DNA from: Felis catus
Taxonomy: Eukaryota
Assembly: GCF_018350175.1 (NCBI RefSeq)
Contig: NC_058368.1
Span: 123,692,001 to 123,756,000, forward strand
Length of the DNA stretch: 64,000 bases
Direction of reading: 5' to 3'
A program made the position numbers and the translations under genes. Positions within the stretch are counted from its first letter, which is position 1; the number at the start of each line of letters is the position of its first letter. Positions 1 through 13,600 of this stretch are shown piece after piece. The notes under the pieces were generated by a model. The model did no database searches and was not told where the DNA came from. It worked only from the letters and a program-made list of their open reading frames with translations.

Positions 1-156
1 TGGCTTTGGCAGAAGCACAGGCATCCATTCTCTCAACTGCGGCCAGCAATGGAGCACAGCTGATGAGATGCCAGGGGTGGCCACACAGGAGAGGACACCC
101 AGGCTGAACACATGAATTGTATGCGGTACATAATCCCCCATAAACAGAGTACTTAC

Positions 157-214
157 TGCCACGAACAGCATGCAGTACATGGAGAATGAAGAGTGGCCCG
201 AGTAAAAAGACAAT
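157..214 (-). CDS. PLPP1: PLPP1 exon 4 (58 nt), (R)LSFYSGHSSFSMYCMLFVA, phosphatase C2 motif SGH
   Basis: Minus strand reads ...cttctcttctag|A TTG TCT TTT TAC TCG GGC CAC...GTG GCA|gtaagt; the first base completes the AG-A (Arg) codon from exon 3; too short for the ORF track. Confidence 0.97.
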
Positions 215-1991
215 CTAGAAGAGAAAGAAGAGAAATGTCAATTTTCCTTCCTAGAGGCAGATGACAGTCTTGCTATCCTAAATCTTACGCCATAATAAGT
301 ACATCTCTTTCCCCTCACCTTAGAAATCAGATGAGTGGGGAACAGGGACAGTTAGGACAGAAACATTGTAGTCTTGAGGGACGGGGTGTCTTATTACTGA
401 GACTTCCAGGGTAGAGACAAACAATTCTCAATTAATACCTGACAAGCCATAACTAGTATAAATGGTCTGACTTCATGACATATAAACTTAACTGACCATG
501 ATTTAAGTTTTATTTTCTACTTGCAGAGTTTGTCCCTGAGTACTAGTAATACCTCCTTTGGAACACTCAGAAGTTGACTACCTTTTCAAAAATAAATTCA
601 CTTTTAAAAAATTAAAAGTGGCATTTTAGCATTTTAAACAGGCACACATCTTGCCTTAGAATTCCCACCAAAGTGCTTTTGTTTGACATATATTTTAAAA
701 TTATACACTGACAGTCCTGTACCAGATGAATCCTCTTTCAATATTATATTCTGTAAACATGTGAATATTTACCACCTAAAAATGACAGAATGCTTGCAAA
801 ACTTAATTTTATGGCACTTTTTGAAAAGGGGAAAGCTCACTAACATTCATGATCTAAGTTCTGCTTACATAGTACTGGCCAGTGATGCAGAAAAGGCAAG
901 CACACACATCTGACAAAGTAAAAGTACTCCATGCAAATGCAAAAGATGTATCAAGCAAATAATTAGGATGTTTTCCTACATAGAATAAGAAAACCAAGAA
1001 AGGCAGGCTTTTAAGTATTTTACTTATTACACTTTGCTTGATTCAAAAGGAATTTGGTTCCCTGGATTCAGCGAAGAGAATTTAAAACATCAGAATGTCA
1101 ATCTGTGTATGCAACTAAGGGTGGGTGGCAGGAGAGATTTCTTAAGCCTGTATTGGCGATGATCTACCAAGAATTATGATAGTCTTTTTCATAATCAGAC
1201 ACATCTCTAAGAAAATGAATATTCTCACTTCTTGTACCAGCTAGGAATTGTGTGATTAAATCTGATAATTATTGTGAATTTAATCTATGTAAAACAAGAA
1301 AAATAAATTACTTTTAGCCTTACTATTTGGCTGTAGAGAACAGATCAATACAAATCCTTACTTTAAATCAGATAATTAGAGCAGAGTTCTGTACATTTTA
1401 TGTTTCAGTAAGTTATACTGACGAGCCTATAAGTAAATAAAAGCCAATTTCAAGGACTGTCAAATCCTATCAAGCCAACACAACCACGATCAAAGAAATG
1501 TTTTCAAAGCCAAGCAAGTTCAAAGTTTCACAAAGACTTCATGTTCAGAGTATTCACTGTACACTGTGCTACAAAGTCATAAATTCAAAAGTATGTGATA
1601 GTTTTAAAGAGTTCTGATTCAGTCAGATTTCGTTAGTTGAAAACAAAATGGTTTCGGTTTTTTATTCTAAGTGCATAAACAGACATTTTATTCAGTATAG
1701 AATCAGCCAAACAATAACCTGTGACTTCAACAAATGGATTAAAAGACACAAATAAGAACTCTATTTGACCTAAGCCTCTAAGTCTTCTTCACCCACAGTA
1801 AGTGATCAAATAGATCATGGTAATACTGACTTTTATTACCATTAAAAACAGAATAAAACACCAAAAAATAAAATTATTTTCATACTCCATATACATCTCT
1901 TTACTGGAATCGCTCGGAGATACAGGTCTTATGTCTGAAACTCACAAATGAACAAATAATTTTATAAGTAGTTTCACAAAATCCGAAAACT

Positions 1992-2110
1992 AGGAACACC
2001 TGGCTGGCTCAAGTCAGTACAGCACGAGACCCTTGATCTCGGGATTGAGAGTTCAAGTCCCATGTGGCATGTAGAGATTAAACATAAAATCTTTAAAAAA
2101 TAATAAAAAT
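1992..2110 (+). mobile_element. Short tRNA-derived Can-SINE (older type)
   Basis: cctggctggctca...cttgatctcggg...gagttcaagtccca head followed by an A-rich tail. Confidence 0.8.
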
Positions 2111-2859
2111 AAGATAAGATCTCAAATGTAGTGAAAATGCAGAATGTTTTCATCATAGTAACCTCACTGAAATGTTTAAGATTTTGGTCCTGGCCTCCAA
2201 ACACCACCCTGTTCTTAGATTTCCACCAATCCTAGGCTACCTATCTGACTTCATTATAATTCCTCCAATGAATGTACACAGATAAATAACTACACCAGCT
2301 TTCCATCAAAGCTTAAGAAAGTCTTTTCAGAAAGAAAATTTACAGAAAAAAAATATATATATTCTGAAATGCAGCTATTTTCACTAGTTCAGGCATGGAC
2401 TATTAAACTGAGCGTGTAGACAAGTCTTGACAATACAACTTACTGTGAATGGGATTCTATTCCAAATGCCAAACTTCAGATTTTCTCTCTCTTGGGAGAG
2501 CTCATTAAACTTGGCCTGAATCCCAAAGTCATAGCCTTACAGCCATCCACCCCTACTGTGTCTGTCAGCTCCCCCTCCTCAAGCCATCATTCTTCCATCT
2601 CAGTTTTCCAACATCTACATAAATGCTCAGCCTTATCAACTGGCAAACAGGCAAAAACAGCCAAATCCAACCTGTATCAGTCATCAGAAGCAAGCAACTC
2701 ACATAAAGCGTTTCTTCATTTTTTACCTGGCATTTACGAAGCATTTTGGGGCTCATGAGGAGATTGAATCACAACCTCCTAAATCATCTCAATGTTCTTG
2801 CCCTCCCTCAGATTTTCCTCCTCCCACACCCCAAAGTTAAAAGGCACAAACCAATTATA

Positions 2860-3500
2860 TCTTTAGCTATTCTCTTAGTTTGAAATGTCTACTTTGCATT
2901 CAACGTTGAATGATGGGTTTCCTGAATACAGAACTGTAGGTTAATGCTTTTTTTCTCATTACTTTGAGGGTATCATTAGACTATCTTCTGGTTTCTACTT
3001 CTTTATTAAAATAGAAGCTATCTGTCTGCCATTCCCTTCTGGGTTACCCGTCCTTTGAAACTGCCCCCGACCCCAGCACCTCCACACCAAAGTCTCCACT
3101 ATTCTCCAGTCTCACGATCATATGTCTAGTAGGAATGTCTTCTTCTTTATCTGATTTAGTATTCGTTGGCTTCTCATTTGTATACTTCACCCAATGCTGA
3201 ACAGGGTTCGGCCATCATACCTTTTCTTTGACTGTTATGTCTCCTCCATGCTCTTCTCTTTTTCTGAGATTCAACAGGTTCAACATGTGACACATTTTCA
3301 TCCTATCTCTCCGTATCTCTTAACCTTTCTTTTATACTTTTAATCTTGGTCTGTCTTCCATTTCAGCTCTGAGCCCTTTCACTGTGTCTAATGTGCTTAA
3401 CCAGTCTATTTATTTACATTACTATGTATCATTTATAAAAGATCCCTTTGGTTCTTTTTCAAACCTATGGTCATTTTCCACTCTTTATCCTACATTATAT
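2860..3500 (-). mobile_element. Old degraded L1 fragment
   Basis: T-rich tract resembling antisense old L1 (gaatacagaactgtaggtt...tatcttctggtttcta); boundaries approximate. Confidence 0.5.
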
Positions 3501-5566
3501 TCTCAACCTCTTATTTATACACAGTAGACAAACTTATTTAGTTTGTCTTATCTTATTTATACACAGTAGACAACTTCTGTAGTTTGTCTTATCTCCTGAC
3601 TCTCAGCATAGTTTTCTTCTATGGATGTTCATTCTTATGAGCTCGTGTCCTTGGAACTCTATCTGTGGGGATCGTAGAGGCCTTGGTTTAAAAAGAGTTC
3701 TTCCACAGATGTTTGTTCTCTCCTGATGGGTTCACTACCAATCCATTTTAAAATTCTTTTTTTTTTTTTTAAAGCCACATACATAGTATGAATTCTGGCC
3801 CCAGAACAGTGTGACTGTGGCCCTCTAGTTAAAATTATTTCTGACAGCCCCCCTACCCCCCAGGAGGATGTTGCCCTTTGGGAGTCCTTAAATTATCCCG
3901 GAGTCTCCCCTCTGTCCACACTGCACTGGCCTCAGCCTTTATCTCTTGGGCCCCATGTTCAGAGCCCATCCAAACTCAGTCTAGGCTACCAGAAAGTGGC
4001 ACATAATTTCAGGGCACATATAAGGTTTACAGCATTAACAAATCCCAACCTCAGGAAAATTCCTTTACTTTCTCATAAGCATGGCTATTTATTAAAAAGA
4101 TTTATTTATTTATGTTTATATATGTTTTAATACAGAATACATACCAACATATGCATATGTGGTGTAATATACTACCCAGCACATGTAAGTCTATCAGTAT
4201 TTCTAATCCTCCATATGGCCAGAAATAGAGGCAGGCTTTTTTAAAACAATAATGAGGACTAATAAAATGTTATCTAGTATCAGCTACTTTACTAGGACAC
4301 ATATACTTTGGCAAAAAGAGTTTGTTTTTCATTACAAAGGGGTCAATGCTCATAAATGTTTCCAATTATTACTATTCCACCACTTCACTAGCTACTAGTA
4401 CCTTCTATGTGCAGGTGTTTAATACACAGTATTTCCACTCTATAAAAATCCCCATGGTGGGGGCTGTCAATCCTATTTTGTACATAGAGACCCTGAACCT
4501 CCCAGAGGTTCATTAACTGGCTCAAAAATCACATCACTTTGAAGCTTAAATCTGAGTCCTCACAACTCTTTCCCACTGTGCCATGATCCCACTCCTATGG
4601 AAGGCAGGGTAGACCCAGAGGCAGCACTGATCCTGCCATCTCCTGAGGGATCCTGGGAGCAGTCATTAGAAAGAACAGGAGTACAAGCTTACACGGGGCA
4701 ACTTGTGTGAAGTTAAGATGTAAAGAAGAACTTAGATAATCTATGAAAAACCAAATGTCAATGTGTAAATTATTTTAAGAGAATACTAATTTGTCCTTTG
4801 TCCACTCTAAAGGCCAAGTAAAAGGAAGTCAAACTGCAACATGAGGCATTTTCTCCAAATGTTATTTCCTGATTACAAAGTGTACACAATAGCAAATTAA
4901 CTTGAAGGACATGATAAATTTCCCTTCTGCGGTAACCTTTAAACATAGAATGACCCTGTAATAAAGTTAAAACATGTCCCAAACAAATGCACAAAGGAAC
5001 AGTTTCCCAAGTATTAGTACTACTTTATTTCAAAAGGATTTTTACAAGCAATAGCTGTGCTAAATGCTCAGGTAATGAGCTCTCAGGCTGTTACCTTTAA
5101 AAATCTCACATCTAAGATACCAGGGGAGTCAAGTAGGCAGTGAATGGGGAAAATGGGGACTCTCACAGTGCACTGGTGTGAGTGCACACTTTTCAAAGGG
5201 TGATTTGACAATATCTATCTGTATGTAAACCCACCCTATTTTTCCACTCAGTAATTCCACTTGAGGGCATCTATGCCAGCAAAACATGCATGAGTGCAAA
5301 GATGTTTGCTGCAACACAGCTACACCAACTCGAAGACAATGGTTCTATCACTATTCTTCTGAATACTCTAAGTTAGCTAAAATGAATTAAATTAACTCTA
5401 TGTGAACTGACAAATTATCTCCAGGGCACATTTTAAAATATGTCATTTATTTACACCATATAAAACGTACACCTTCACATTTAATGTAACAATACACAGA
5501 AAAACAAGGACATACAAACTGTCATAGGGAAAGGAATCACATGGAGATTAAAAAAAATCTTTCCCA

Positions 5567-5780
5567 GGGGCACCTGGGTGGCTCAGTCGGTTGGGCGTCC
5601 GACTTTGGCTCGGGTCATGATCTCGCAGTTTGTGAGTTCGAGCCCCGTGTCAGGCTCTGTCAGGCTCAGAGCCTAGAGCCTGCTTCAGATTCTATGTCTC
5701 TCCATCTCTCAGCCCCTCCCCTGCTCGTGCTCTGTGTCTGTCTGTCTCTTAATAATAAACATTAAAAAAAAATTTTTTTT
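5567..5780 (+). mobile_element. Can-SINE (SINEC_Fc type)
   Basis: ggggcacctgggtggctcagtcgg head, CT-rich body, A tail; TSD aatctttccca at 5556-5566 and 5781-5791. Confidence 0.95.
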
Positions 5781-5911
5781 AATCTTTCCCATTTTACAGT
5801 GATAATATTACTGTAATAATACAGTAATATTGTGTATACAGTAATACAGTAATACTGTAATAATACAGTAATATTACCAGACAATACAAGCTGGTATTAC
5901 AGGGATTATTT

Positions 5912-5915
<4 letters not shown>

Positions 5916-5949
<34 letters not shown>

Positions 5950-5957
5950 AACACACA
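5916..5957. repeat. (CA)n microsatellite, interrupted
   Basis: Direct reading. Confidence 0.95.
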
Positions 5958-8648
5958 TTTATATTTTTACATATATTTATATTTTATATATAAATACAAA
6001 CAATGATAATCAAAATATCTGATATGCCTGCTTACACATTTCCTACAAACCTCTTCCACACCAAACACTCATGCATGCACCCAAACTCCTCTCCCCAAGC
6101 AGCAGTGTCTGAGCACACGCACCGCGCCTTCACATTCACGCCCAGAGCCCAGCAGTGACCTGAGCCCTGGAAGCTTGTTCTCACATCTCTCAATGAAATG
6201 TCTTGACATTTATGTGTATTTTTAAATATCACAAGTGTTTCTAGAAACGTATTTGCACATAATTTCATACCACTGAAATTCAGCATATGAACTCTGGTTA
6301 TTACAAGTAACAGAGCCAATAAACATGTGATTTTGATACATGTGTTTGGAAGGGGGGAAATTTTCTTAAAAAATCAGATTTCTAGAGATGTCTAGAAATA
6401 CAAGAACCATAGGATATCTCTCCCCCAAAGGTTACAGAGACAAAGATTAAGGTAATAAATGGCAAAAGAATATAAGATGGTCCCAACCAAAATTAATTTA
6501 AGTAAAATACAGCAAAAATCAGGTAAATTCATCTTATCTGCTTGAACCAATCAGAAACTGAGAAATTATTTCACAGCAGCAAAAACTGTCATCTATTTCT
6601 TGAGTTATTTTTTACAATGATTTTTACTATATTTCCATTTAAAGCTACAATGAATTTATATGGCATCAATTTTAACCAAGCCATATTATATTAAAGTGAC
6701 ATGCCTATCTGAAATAAAACAGATGTGAGTATCCTATTTTATTCATTAATATTAATGCATCAGCATCAAATACCACTTCAGAGCCACTAACATCAGTGAA
6801 CCATATACCAAACAATCTAATTAATATCTGTAGATATCACATCATGAACCTTAAAGGAGAGAAACCAGCAGGACTGTGAGAAAGGAAAAAAGGGGAGAAA
6901 GCAGGACACAATTCGTATGTGTACAGGGTATTTTAAACTCTTGATTAAATAAACCAAGTGATGATTTAAAAAACCAACTGATGATTAAAAACAAACGATC
7001 ATGTGTCTTCTGTTTATGGGAGACTCATATGGAAGGCAGGACCCTAAAAAGTACGAAGTTGCTGAGAACTCTGAGATAAAGTAAAACTGGGTGTGTCTTG
7101 AAAATCAGATGACTGGGGCATAAATGGTTCTACACTCTAAACAGGGAAACTCTGTGTCTCTGCCGATGAGCAGAGATTAGGTTGTGACAAAGGTTACTGA
7201 CAGAAGGGTAAAACATACTTAAGTGCACTGACCAGGGGAAGAGAGGTCACAAGTTCCCTATGGCATGAGAGAAAAATTGATGACTTGGTGTACAAAGACT
7301 CCAAATCACCGCAGTGGCACTACCTAAGACTTAAAAAGGAAACAAAGGGCAAATGGTAGATTAAACAGAGGACATAACTCTGAAGCATTCCTATGCCAGC
7401 AACTAGTAATGCTTTACCTACCTCCTACCCTCCCCCTCGCCTTTTTTTAAACACACTGAACAAAGAAGACTACCCTCACTAAAAAGTAGATTTCAGAGTG
7501 AGATAGATAGAAGGAAAAGCCAGTTCTAAATCAAGTGCTCGGGTGTTTTTTAAAGGGGAAGAATGCTAGCCAGAGACAAGACTGCGAGCAAGACCTCTAC
7601 TTTCAAGCCTTTCCCAAAAAGAAAACCTGAAGGCCAGCAAAGCCTGTGACCACCTGGCTAGCACACTCCACTTCCCACCCTAATGCAGATCACAAAATCA
7701 CCACTAACTCTTTGTCACTGGGCTCAGGAAGGATGAGGTGCACTGATGTGGATGTTGCCAGTAGCAAGAGAAAAGGGAAAAGCCCCCACAAATATAAAAT
7801 TATTAGAGCCCAACAGGAAGCTGGCCAGACAGGTCACTCTCCGTTCCTTTTAGAACAGAGCAGGGGACATCGCACTGGAGCTCGTGTTACCAGAGGACTA
7901 GCAGAGTGCCACAGCACTTCTCACACAACCTTTCTACCCAACGGACAAAGCAGGAGAGTCACACTTCCTTTAGTATCTGAAGTTCTTCTGCATTAGAAGA
8001 AAACAAAGCTGAGGTCATACAATATTTAGGTACCCATGTTAGTATATTTAGATGAGAACTGAGTGGAGGAAAGCTGAATATTTTTTACAAGTATAAAAAC
8101 AAAACCACACCCACCTTACTCTCCTGCTTCAGGTCTTTCACTTGCACAAACTGCTGATTTAGAGTAACAGACTCTTCCTGAGCCCACCAACTACTGTGGA
8201 ACCATCATCATCTGCTACCCAACTACTTACAATTCCCAATATACACCATGTTTCATGGTCTCTGTGTTTCTTCATCACTGTGCCTGGAATGAGCCTCCCA
8301 ACTTTGATAATTACTTCACAAGGGTCAATTCAGCCACTATTTCCTCCAAGAAACCTTTCTTCAGCAGCTAGGCTGAAGTTATCTCCCTTTCTTCAAAAAG
8401 GAAAGAGATGTCTATCATCAGTGAACACATCTATCCCTGAATCCACCTTCTACAGTAAATCATCTGTTGTAGTACTTTCTTCCTCCATTCCACCCAAAGC
8501 TGGGTAGGGACAGGACAAGACTTATAAATAGGAATATCTGGGTTTTTTATTTTAATTATCACAGATGTTCATTAGAAAAATTCAGAAGGTACAGCAAATC
8601 AAAAGAAAAACTGCTGATAAATTCCCAACCTCCCTGAGATCCCATCTT

Positions 8649-8746
8649 TTTTCCTTATTTTTTAAAATTATTATTTATTTGAGAGAGAGTGTATGTGACA
8701 ACGGGGGAGGGGGGGGGAGAGAGGGAGAGAGGGAGAGGGAGAGGGA

Positions 8747-8801
<55 letters not shown>

Positions 8802-8927
8802 TCTTAAGCAGGCTCCACATTCAGTGTGGAGCCCAATGCGTGGCTCCATCTCACGACCATGGGATCATGACCTGAGCTGAAATCGAGAGTCAGATGCTCA
8901 AATGACTGGGCCACCCAGGTGCACCGA
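8649..8927 (-). mobile_element. Can-SINE with expanded (GA)n/(GAGAGG)n tract
   Basis: Reverse-complement SINE head ending ccacccaggtgcacc; TSD agatcccatctt at 8637-8648 and 8928-8939; explains the poly-ER/LS ORFs. Confidence 0.93.
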
Positions 8928-9707
8928 AGATCCCATCTTACTATATGTTGTAGCCCTAACACCCAGTACTGTTACATCAACCATAAATTATAAAGTATGT
9001 GCTCAATACATTTTTTAAGCTAAAACTGAATCTAATGTCTTGATGATAAATGGATTTTTATGTAGTTATGCCAGAAAATATAAAATTCTTACTTTTCATG
9101 TTTTATTTTTTTTTACTTTTCATATTTTAAATGTCACAAACAAATCTACCTCCCCTGCCTCCCCTGATGTCCACCTCCACCAAAGGACCAAGAGGGTTAA
9201 TGACTCCCCAAGAAGTACACCTTAACTATCTCGTGTTTTGAGTTGTAAAAAAATGCATAAAAGAAAACTAAGGACATATGTTATCTCTGCATATGTCTTA
9301 GCTAAGTCTATGCCAGTAATCACAGCAAGCCACATGAGGTAAGTTATCTGCTTTTATCATCTTACCTCTGATAGGTTTTCCCCTTACAGTGGTTACAAAT
9401 TCTGACTTTATCAACACAGGTCTGGAGAATTAGGAAGTCTAATCCAATACCCTGCTCTTTTCACCCTTCTGTAAGAAACTGTGAGCAGTGTCAATGTGTG
9501 TCAGCTTAAACATGCAGTGTACCTAAGGCCTCTTCCCAATACATCTGGCAAGCATTTTAATAATGTGTGTAAAATGCCCAGAAATCTTTTTTACATTATG
9601 AACAAAGGCAGTTGGATTAGTGGAACAAATGATATCCACAAATGAAGAAGTAACAGATATATTCTGCTGTTAATTAAAAAAAACAATTAAGTTTTAAAAA
9701 CATTCTC

Positions 9708-9830
9708 AGGGGCACCTGGCTGGCTCAGTAGGTAGAGCATGGAACTCTTGATCTCAGGGTTATGGGTTCAAGCTCCACACTGGGTGTAGAGATTACTTAA
9801 AAATAAAACCTTTAAAAATTTTATTTAGAA
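9708..9830 (+). mobile_element. Short Can-SINE
   Basis: ggggcacctggctggctcagt...gggtgtagagattacttaaaaataaa. Confidence 0.88.
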
Positions 9831-10458
9831 AAGAACATTCACGAAAGAAAAACAAGGATGACGAGTAAGGGAAGGGTTTTAGATATTGTCTGAATCCTAC
9901 TTTCCACTGCCTGGAGGAAGATTTTTTCCATTTTTAAAGGATTCATTTCTATCCATCAATAAACCAAAAATTCTGAAAGCTCCCCATCTTCATAAATTTC
10001 CAAACAATACCTCAGAAGCAAAACACTACAGTTGCAATAGATTATATAAGAAAAAAAATAATGGTTAACAGGATACAAACACAAAAGAAAAAGGTTAACC
10101 AATCCTATAATCTTGCTTGAGTGCATATATAAGTTCATTTATTACATAAAATAAGGTTTGTTGAGTCAGCCAGCAGTGAGGTCCAAGATTACGCCTCTCT
10201 ACCAAGCTCACAGGGGATGTCCATCCTGCTGATCAGAGCAGAGGACCACTCTTTGAACGACAAAGGGAGAGGAATGAGAAAAAAGATAATTTTGAACTTA
10301 CTGAGTAGGAATACTCTTAAGATTAAGTCAGTAGTTTGGACACTTTGTGGAGATAGTCACATCAAACCAATGCTGATGCTTTTCCTGTCTTCCTGTTGCC
10401 TTAATACAAAAGCTACTTAAAACAGAAAAATACTGTTTTCTTTAAGAAGCACACGAAA

Positions 10459-10645
10459 AGGGGTACCTGAGTGGCTCAGTCAGTTGAGTGTCTGACTCCT
10501 GACTGTGGGTCAGGTCATGGTCCCAGCGTTGTGGGACGGAGCACCACATAGTTATCCACGCTCAGCGCAGAACCTGCTTAAGATTCTTTCTCCCTCTCCC
10601 CACAGTCTCTCTCTTTAAAAATTAAAATTAAATAATTTTTTAAAG
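10459..10645 (+). mobile_element. Can-SINE, diverged
   Basis: SINE head, CT tract and tail; degenerate TSD aagaagcacacgaa / aagaatcacatgaa. Confidence 0.85.
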
Positions 10646-12077
10646 AAAGAATCACATGAAGAAAGATTTCAGTGATCTCTGAATTATAAGCCAACACAAC
10701 CCCAAAGTCATGCTTGTTTTACTATTCAAAAATGCAACTCACATCCTAACCTCTCAATAAAAATACTTATTTTCTAATAAAATTCAAATACTTAATGCAT
10801 GTTGTTCACATTTATTCTGCATGGAAACTCAAGCTTTACACCACTCCATCTATGAGATTTATCATTATATTTTAATCTGGAAAAAGTACTCACTAATATA
10901 TCTATGAAACTTTTTTTTTCATATTTCAAAGCTGACAATGTGGAATTCAAGAGTTCTAAGGTGAAGGTACAAAGCATCAAGAATATGCACAGTATGATTT
11001 TGATCTTTTTGTACTTGTTGAGGGCTGAAGGTACAAAGCATCAAGATAAAATAATCAGCTGATGATGTGTTCATGTGAGTTAGTAACCTTTTAATATTTA
11101 ATGCACAGCACTGCTTGATTTATCAAAACCTAAGAATTTCTTTCATCTTAATATATCCACTGCCTCCTACATTCTAACTCAAAAACTAAGAAGAAAATCC
11201 AAGGACAATTTCGCAAAGCACCCAAAGCTGATATATTTGTTCATAATTAATTCTCTAAATTACCATTTAAAAAGGGCAAAGTGGATGGCATGACTGTTAC
11301 TAGTTTTGGGGGTGGTAGGGCTGTTTTTAAAATACATTATGACGTACATATATCTACCAATAAATCGTGGTAGGAAGTCACTAAACGTAAAGAAGGGATC
11401 TTATCTTTGCAAGTATGCACGTCAATCAAAATAAAGTCACATGTCAAGGCAACTAATTCTGCATTCATAAAAGAGATTCAGACACCAAATTAAATCTTAA
11501 GGGAGAAAAAATCTTTTGCTTTTATTCCACACTAAAACAAAATTATATGGGATGCATAAATGCAACACAGGCTAAATCAAAATTATGTGTAAGAATATAT
11601 TTAGCTATTTAACTAGGTATCTTGTTGTGTAACTTTGTTTTTATTTCTGAACAAAGTAAAAGTTTCCTTAGCCTTAAATGCCCCAGATTGCCCTTATAAA
11701 TTAACAACTGACAAACAAAACCCCCTTTTAAAATGATACCAGTAGATTAAGTCTACTAAAATATTGCCTATATACCCTAATCCTGCCTGCCTGACTCTGA
11801 TCATGTCACTCCTGGACCTGAATACATACCCCACCCTAATTCTACACATTCAAACCTTACCCTCCAAATTGCCTCCTCTACTAGAAGTGGTATGACTACC
11901 CTCTGATTTCATTGAGGGTTTTATCTTTACACCTTCAAGCCTGTATCCATTCTATCACACACATAATCTCCAAACATGTAGCAGCCCCTGCGCAACACCA
12001 CGAGAGCAACTTGCACACCTTGGTAGCTTCCACAATGACTAGGACTAATTAGTAGTTGAAATTAGTAACTTCAGAGA

Positions 12078-12260
12078 TAGGCTGAAGCCGTGATACGCAG
12101 ATTAGGATCCACAGCACCATCGGGGAAGGTTTGGGGAATGAAAATTCTTGGGCTCCACCCCAGACCCACTGAATGAGAAACTTTAGGGCTGAGGCCCAGC
12201 TCTATGTATTTAACAAACCCTCCATGTGATTCCAATGTGACTAAAGTGTAAGAAACAATG
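12078..12260. mobile_element. MER5A-like hAT-Charlie DNA transposon relic
   Basis: ttcttgggctccaccccagacccactgaatgagaaact...tttaacaaaccctccatgtgattc resembles the MER5A consensus. Confidence 0.75.
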
Positions 12261-12266
12261 GGGCTT

Positions 12267-12480
12267 AGGATGGCCGGTGGCTCAGTCGGTTAAGCATCCC
12301 ACTTTGGCTCAGGTCATGATCTCACAGTTCATGGATTCAAGCCCTGCATCGGGCTCTGTGCTGACAGCTGGGAGCCTGGCACCTGCTTTGGATTCTGTGT
12401 CTCCCTCTCTCTCTGCCCCTCCCCTGTTCACACTCTCTCTCAAAAATAAATAAACATTAAAAAAAGAAAGAAAAAAAAAA
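12267..12480 (+). mobile_element. Can-SINE
   Basis: SINE body; TSD aagaaacaatgggg / aagaaacagtgggg. Confidence 0.92.
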
Positions 12481-12680
12481 AGAAACAGTGGGGCAAAAAG
12501 AGTCAGTGTGAGAGTGAGGTAATAGTCACAGCTACAACGGAAAGTATCACATACTAACATTCAGAACAGAGGAGGTGGCAGGAAAGAGGTGCTGGCCTTG
12601 AAGTCACTCTCCTTTTAAATGCACTAATACCTAATGTCCTTTCACAGAGTGGAGGATCTTTTAAAATCATCCCCTCTTTC

Positions 12681-12885
12681 AGGGCACCTGGTGGCTCAGT
12701 AGGTTAAGCCTTAGTCTCTGCTCAGGTCATGATCTCGTGGTCTGCCAAGTTCGAGCCCCTTGGGCTCTGTGCTGTCAGTATGGAGCCTGCTTAGGATTCT
12801 CTCTCTCCCCCTCTTTCTTTGGCTCTTCCTCGCTTGTACTTTCTCTCTCTCAAGATAAATGAATAAACTTAAAAAAAATTTGTTT
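12681..12885 (+). mobile_element. Can-SINE
   Basis: SINE body; degenerate TSD aatcatcccctcttt / aatcattccttcttt. Confidence 0.9.
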
Positions 12886-13392
12886 TAATCATTCCTTCTT
12901 TTATTCTATATATTGCTTTTACCATGTAGATATAAGACGAAGACAAAGGCTGTCTTCTAGGTTACTGATACACATGAGAAGTATAGATAAACCTGAATTA
13001 TTCTGAAAGATAAACTATCCTGTAATGTCTACAATTAGACCACACAGAAGAAGCCATTCTCTCAGAGTGTAAAGCAGGTTTTACCAGATACTTTATACCA
13101 CAGCTAATCAGTCTAATTATAATGGGTTTTCACTACTGAGGCACTCCCTCAAAATTTACCTTTATTTACCTGCATGGGGGTTGCTTTAAAAGAAAGACAA
13201 AAGGAAAATTATGTCTCACATTCGACCAAACATATCACGAGTAAACATCTACGTAATATAAAGTGGCCATAATCCAAAAGAAATGACTTTGTACTGAACA
13301 TCTGATTTATATAGCCAAAGACCAGTCACTCAGAAATGATCAGGAACACTGAGGCTATGCTTAAGCAAATGTAATTTAAATAAAAGCCAAAA

Positions 13393-13600
13393 GGGGCACC
13401 TGGGTGGCTCAGTTGGTTGACGGTCAGATTTTGGCTCAGGTCATAATCTCACAGTTCCTGGGTTCTAGCCCCCATCAGGCTCTCTGCTGTTAGCACAGAG
13501 CCTGCTTCAGATCTTCTGTCTTCCTCTCTCTCTGCCCCTGCCCCGTTCATGCTCTCCCTTTCTCAAAAATAAACAAACATTAAAAAAAATATTTTTTTAA
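13393..13600 (+). mobile_element. Can-SINE
   Basis: ggggcacctgggtggctcag head, CT tract, A tail. Confidence 0.92.

Noticed and set aside
7646..8507. 116-aa and 103-aa plus-strand ORFs
   Set aside because: Non-ATG starts, no recognisable homology or exon structure, partly over degraded L2-like sequence
8565..8880. ORFs with poly-ER / poly-LS tracts
   Set aside because: Translations of the (GA)n tract of a SINE; not genes
10962..11046. Repeat-spacer-repeat pattern reminiscent of CRISPR
   Set aside because: Only two repeats, mammalian intron, no cas genes; better explained as an insertion with target duplication
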